Position numbers and translations under genes: made by a program. Below, piece after piece: positions 62,975-64,000 of a stretch of DNA of 64,000 nt (positions within the stretch are counted from its first letter, which is position 1; the number at the start of each line of letters is the position of its first letter). The notes under the pieces were generated by a model. It was not told the DNA's origin and searched no databases. It saw only the letters and a program-made list of their open reading frames with translations. Origin of the DNA: an uncultured delta proteobacterium (lineage in GTDB: Bacteria > Myxococcota_A > Polyangia > Polyangiales > Polyangiaceae); the NCBI GenBank assembly GCA_963716725.1, contig CAVQUB010000005.1, positions 416,001 through 480,000 on the forward strand, read 5' to 3'.

Positions 62975-63976
62975 TCAATCCACCGCCCCTGAGCGCGTGC
63001 GCCACGGCCTCTGGAACAGCACCGCGAATACCAAGATGGCGCCGGTCAGCATCAGGCGGGCCTCGGTGCTGAAGGCGTTGAGGCTCAGGATCTTCTGCAG
63101 CATGCCCAGCGTCACCGCGCCGATCAGCGTGAGCCCGACGCCGCCGCGGCCGCCGGCGAGCGACGTGCCGCCGAGCACGACCATGGCGATCGCATCGAGC
63201 TCGTAGCCGGTGCCGGTCTCGGGATCGCCGTGGGTCTCTTGGGCGGCCTGGCAGATGCCCGCGATGGCGGCGAAAGCGCCGCACAGCGCGTAGGCGAGGG
63301 CCAGCGTGCGGCCCACGGGCACTCCGGACAAACGCGCGGCCTCGTAGCTGCCGCCGACGGCATAGAGGTAGCGCCCCGCGGTCAGCCGCGCGAGCACGAA
63401 CCAGGTGACCAGGGCGCAGGCGGCAAAGATCAGCGTGACGACGGACACGTTGTCGCCGAGCACCTTGCTGTCGATGGTACGGAACACCGAGGGCAGCTCC
63501 ACGGTGGTCGAGCTGCCGTCGGGCAGCACCACGTAGTTGGTGACCTTCTTGCCGCCCGCCAGGAGCTTGGCGAGGCCGCGCGCGAAGACCATCATCGCCA
63601 GCGTCACGATGAAGGGTTGCACCCGGAAGCGCGCGATCAGGGCGCCGGACGCGAGGCCGAGCAAGGTGCCTGCTGCGAGCACCAGGACAATGGTCGCGCC
63701 TGCGCCAAGACCCAGGGGCATGCTGAGGGTCGCGAACAGAACAGCGGCCACTGCCATCACGCTGCCGACGGACAGATCGATGCCGCCCGACACGATGACC
63801 AGCGTCATGCCGCAGGCCAGAATGCCGAGCACGCTGATCTCTCGCAGCATCGCCCGCTGGGTGCTCCACTCGAAGAAGGCACCGTTCTGGTTGAAGACGC
63901 AGCCGACGAGGATGACGATCAAGAGCGGCAAGAGCGCTCGCCCCGCGCTCGATCGCATCCAGCCGCCCGCCTTCAC
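62975..63976 (-). CDS. ribose-family sugar ABC transporter permease
   Basis: 'GGIDLSVGS', 'QPFIVTLA', 'EAARLSG', 'GYELDAIAMVVLGGTSLAGGRG'. Confidence 0.93.
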   Translation of the reverse strand: MKAGGWMRSSAGRALLPLLIVILVGCVFNQNGAFFEWSTQRAMLREISVLGILACGMTLVIVSGGIDLSVGSVMAVAAVLFATLSMPLGLGAGATIVLVLAAGTLLGLASGALIARFRVQPFIVTLAMMVFARGLAKLLAGGKKVTNYVVLPDGSSTTVELPSVFRTIDSKVLGDNVSVVTLIFAACALVTWFVLARLTAGRYLYAVGGSYEAARLSGVPVGRTLALAYALCGAFAAIAGICQAAQETHGDPETGTGYELDAIAMVVLGGTSLAGGRGGVGLTLIGAVTLGMLQKILSLNAFSTEARLMLTGAILVFAVLFQRPWRTRSGAVD

Positions 63977-64000
63977 GCCGCCGCTCCCTCGCCGCCCATG

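Overview
High-GC (visually ~70%), gene-dense chromosomal segment of a myxobacterium, most likely Polyangiaceae/Sorangiineae-like. This is inferred from CdnL, a MYXO-CTERM-type tail, Gly-rich 'GGSGG..DAG' lipoproteins, a Cys-rich eukaryotic-like kinase and AgmX/PglI and DUF4388 domains. I find about 57 CDS. Housekeeping genes include prs, lipB, tyrS, an IHF/HU subunit, cdnL, pduO and yjgA. There are also signalling genes, two ribose-family ABC transporter sets with an FGGY pentulose kinase and a fucose-isomerase-like enzyme, a stand-alone nuoJKLMN membrane-arm operon, GT-C glycosyltransferases and many surface lipoproteins. No rRNA, tRNA, CRISPR array or transposase/integrase was seen. At least a dozen single-base frameshifts break otherwise intact genes and are probably long-read indel errors. 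Three observations stand out. (1) A Cyc2-like outer-membrane cytochrome-porin fusion is paired with a MYXO-CTERM-anchored monoheme cytochrome c, directly upstream of a non-canonical nuoJKLMN; this is a candidate extracellular electron-transfer module. (2) About 19 genes carry a (TGn)TAnnnT -10-like box only 6-9 nt before the start codon, suggesting widespread leaderless transcription. (3) An RlmD-type methyltransferase is fused in frame to an RluA-type pseudouridine synthase. All family calls come from motif recognition by eye; no database searches were run.
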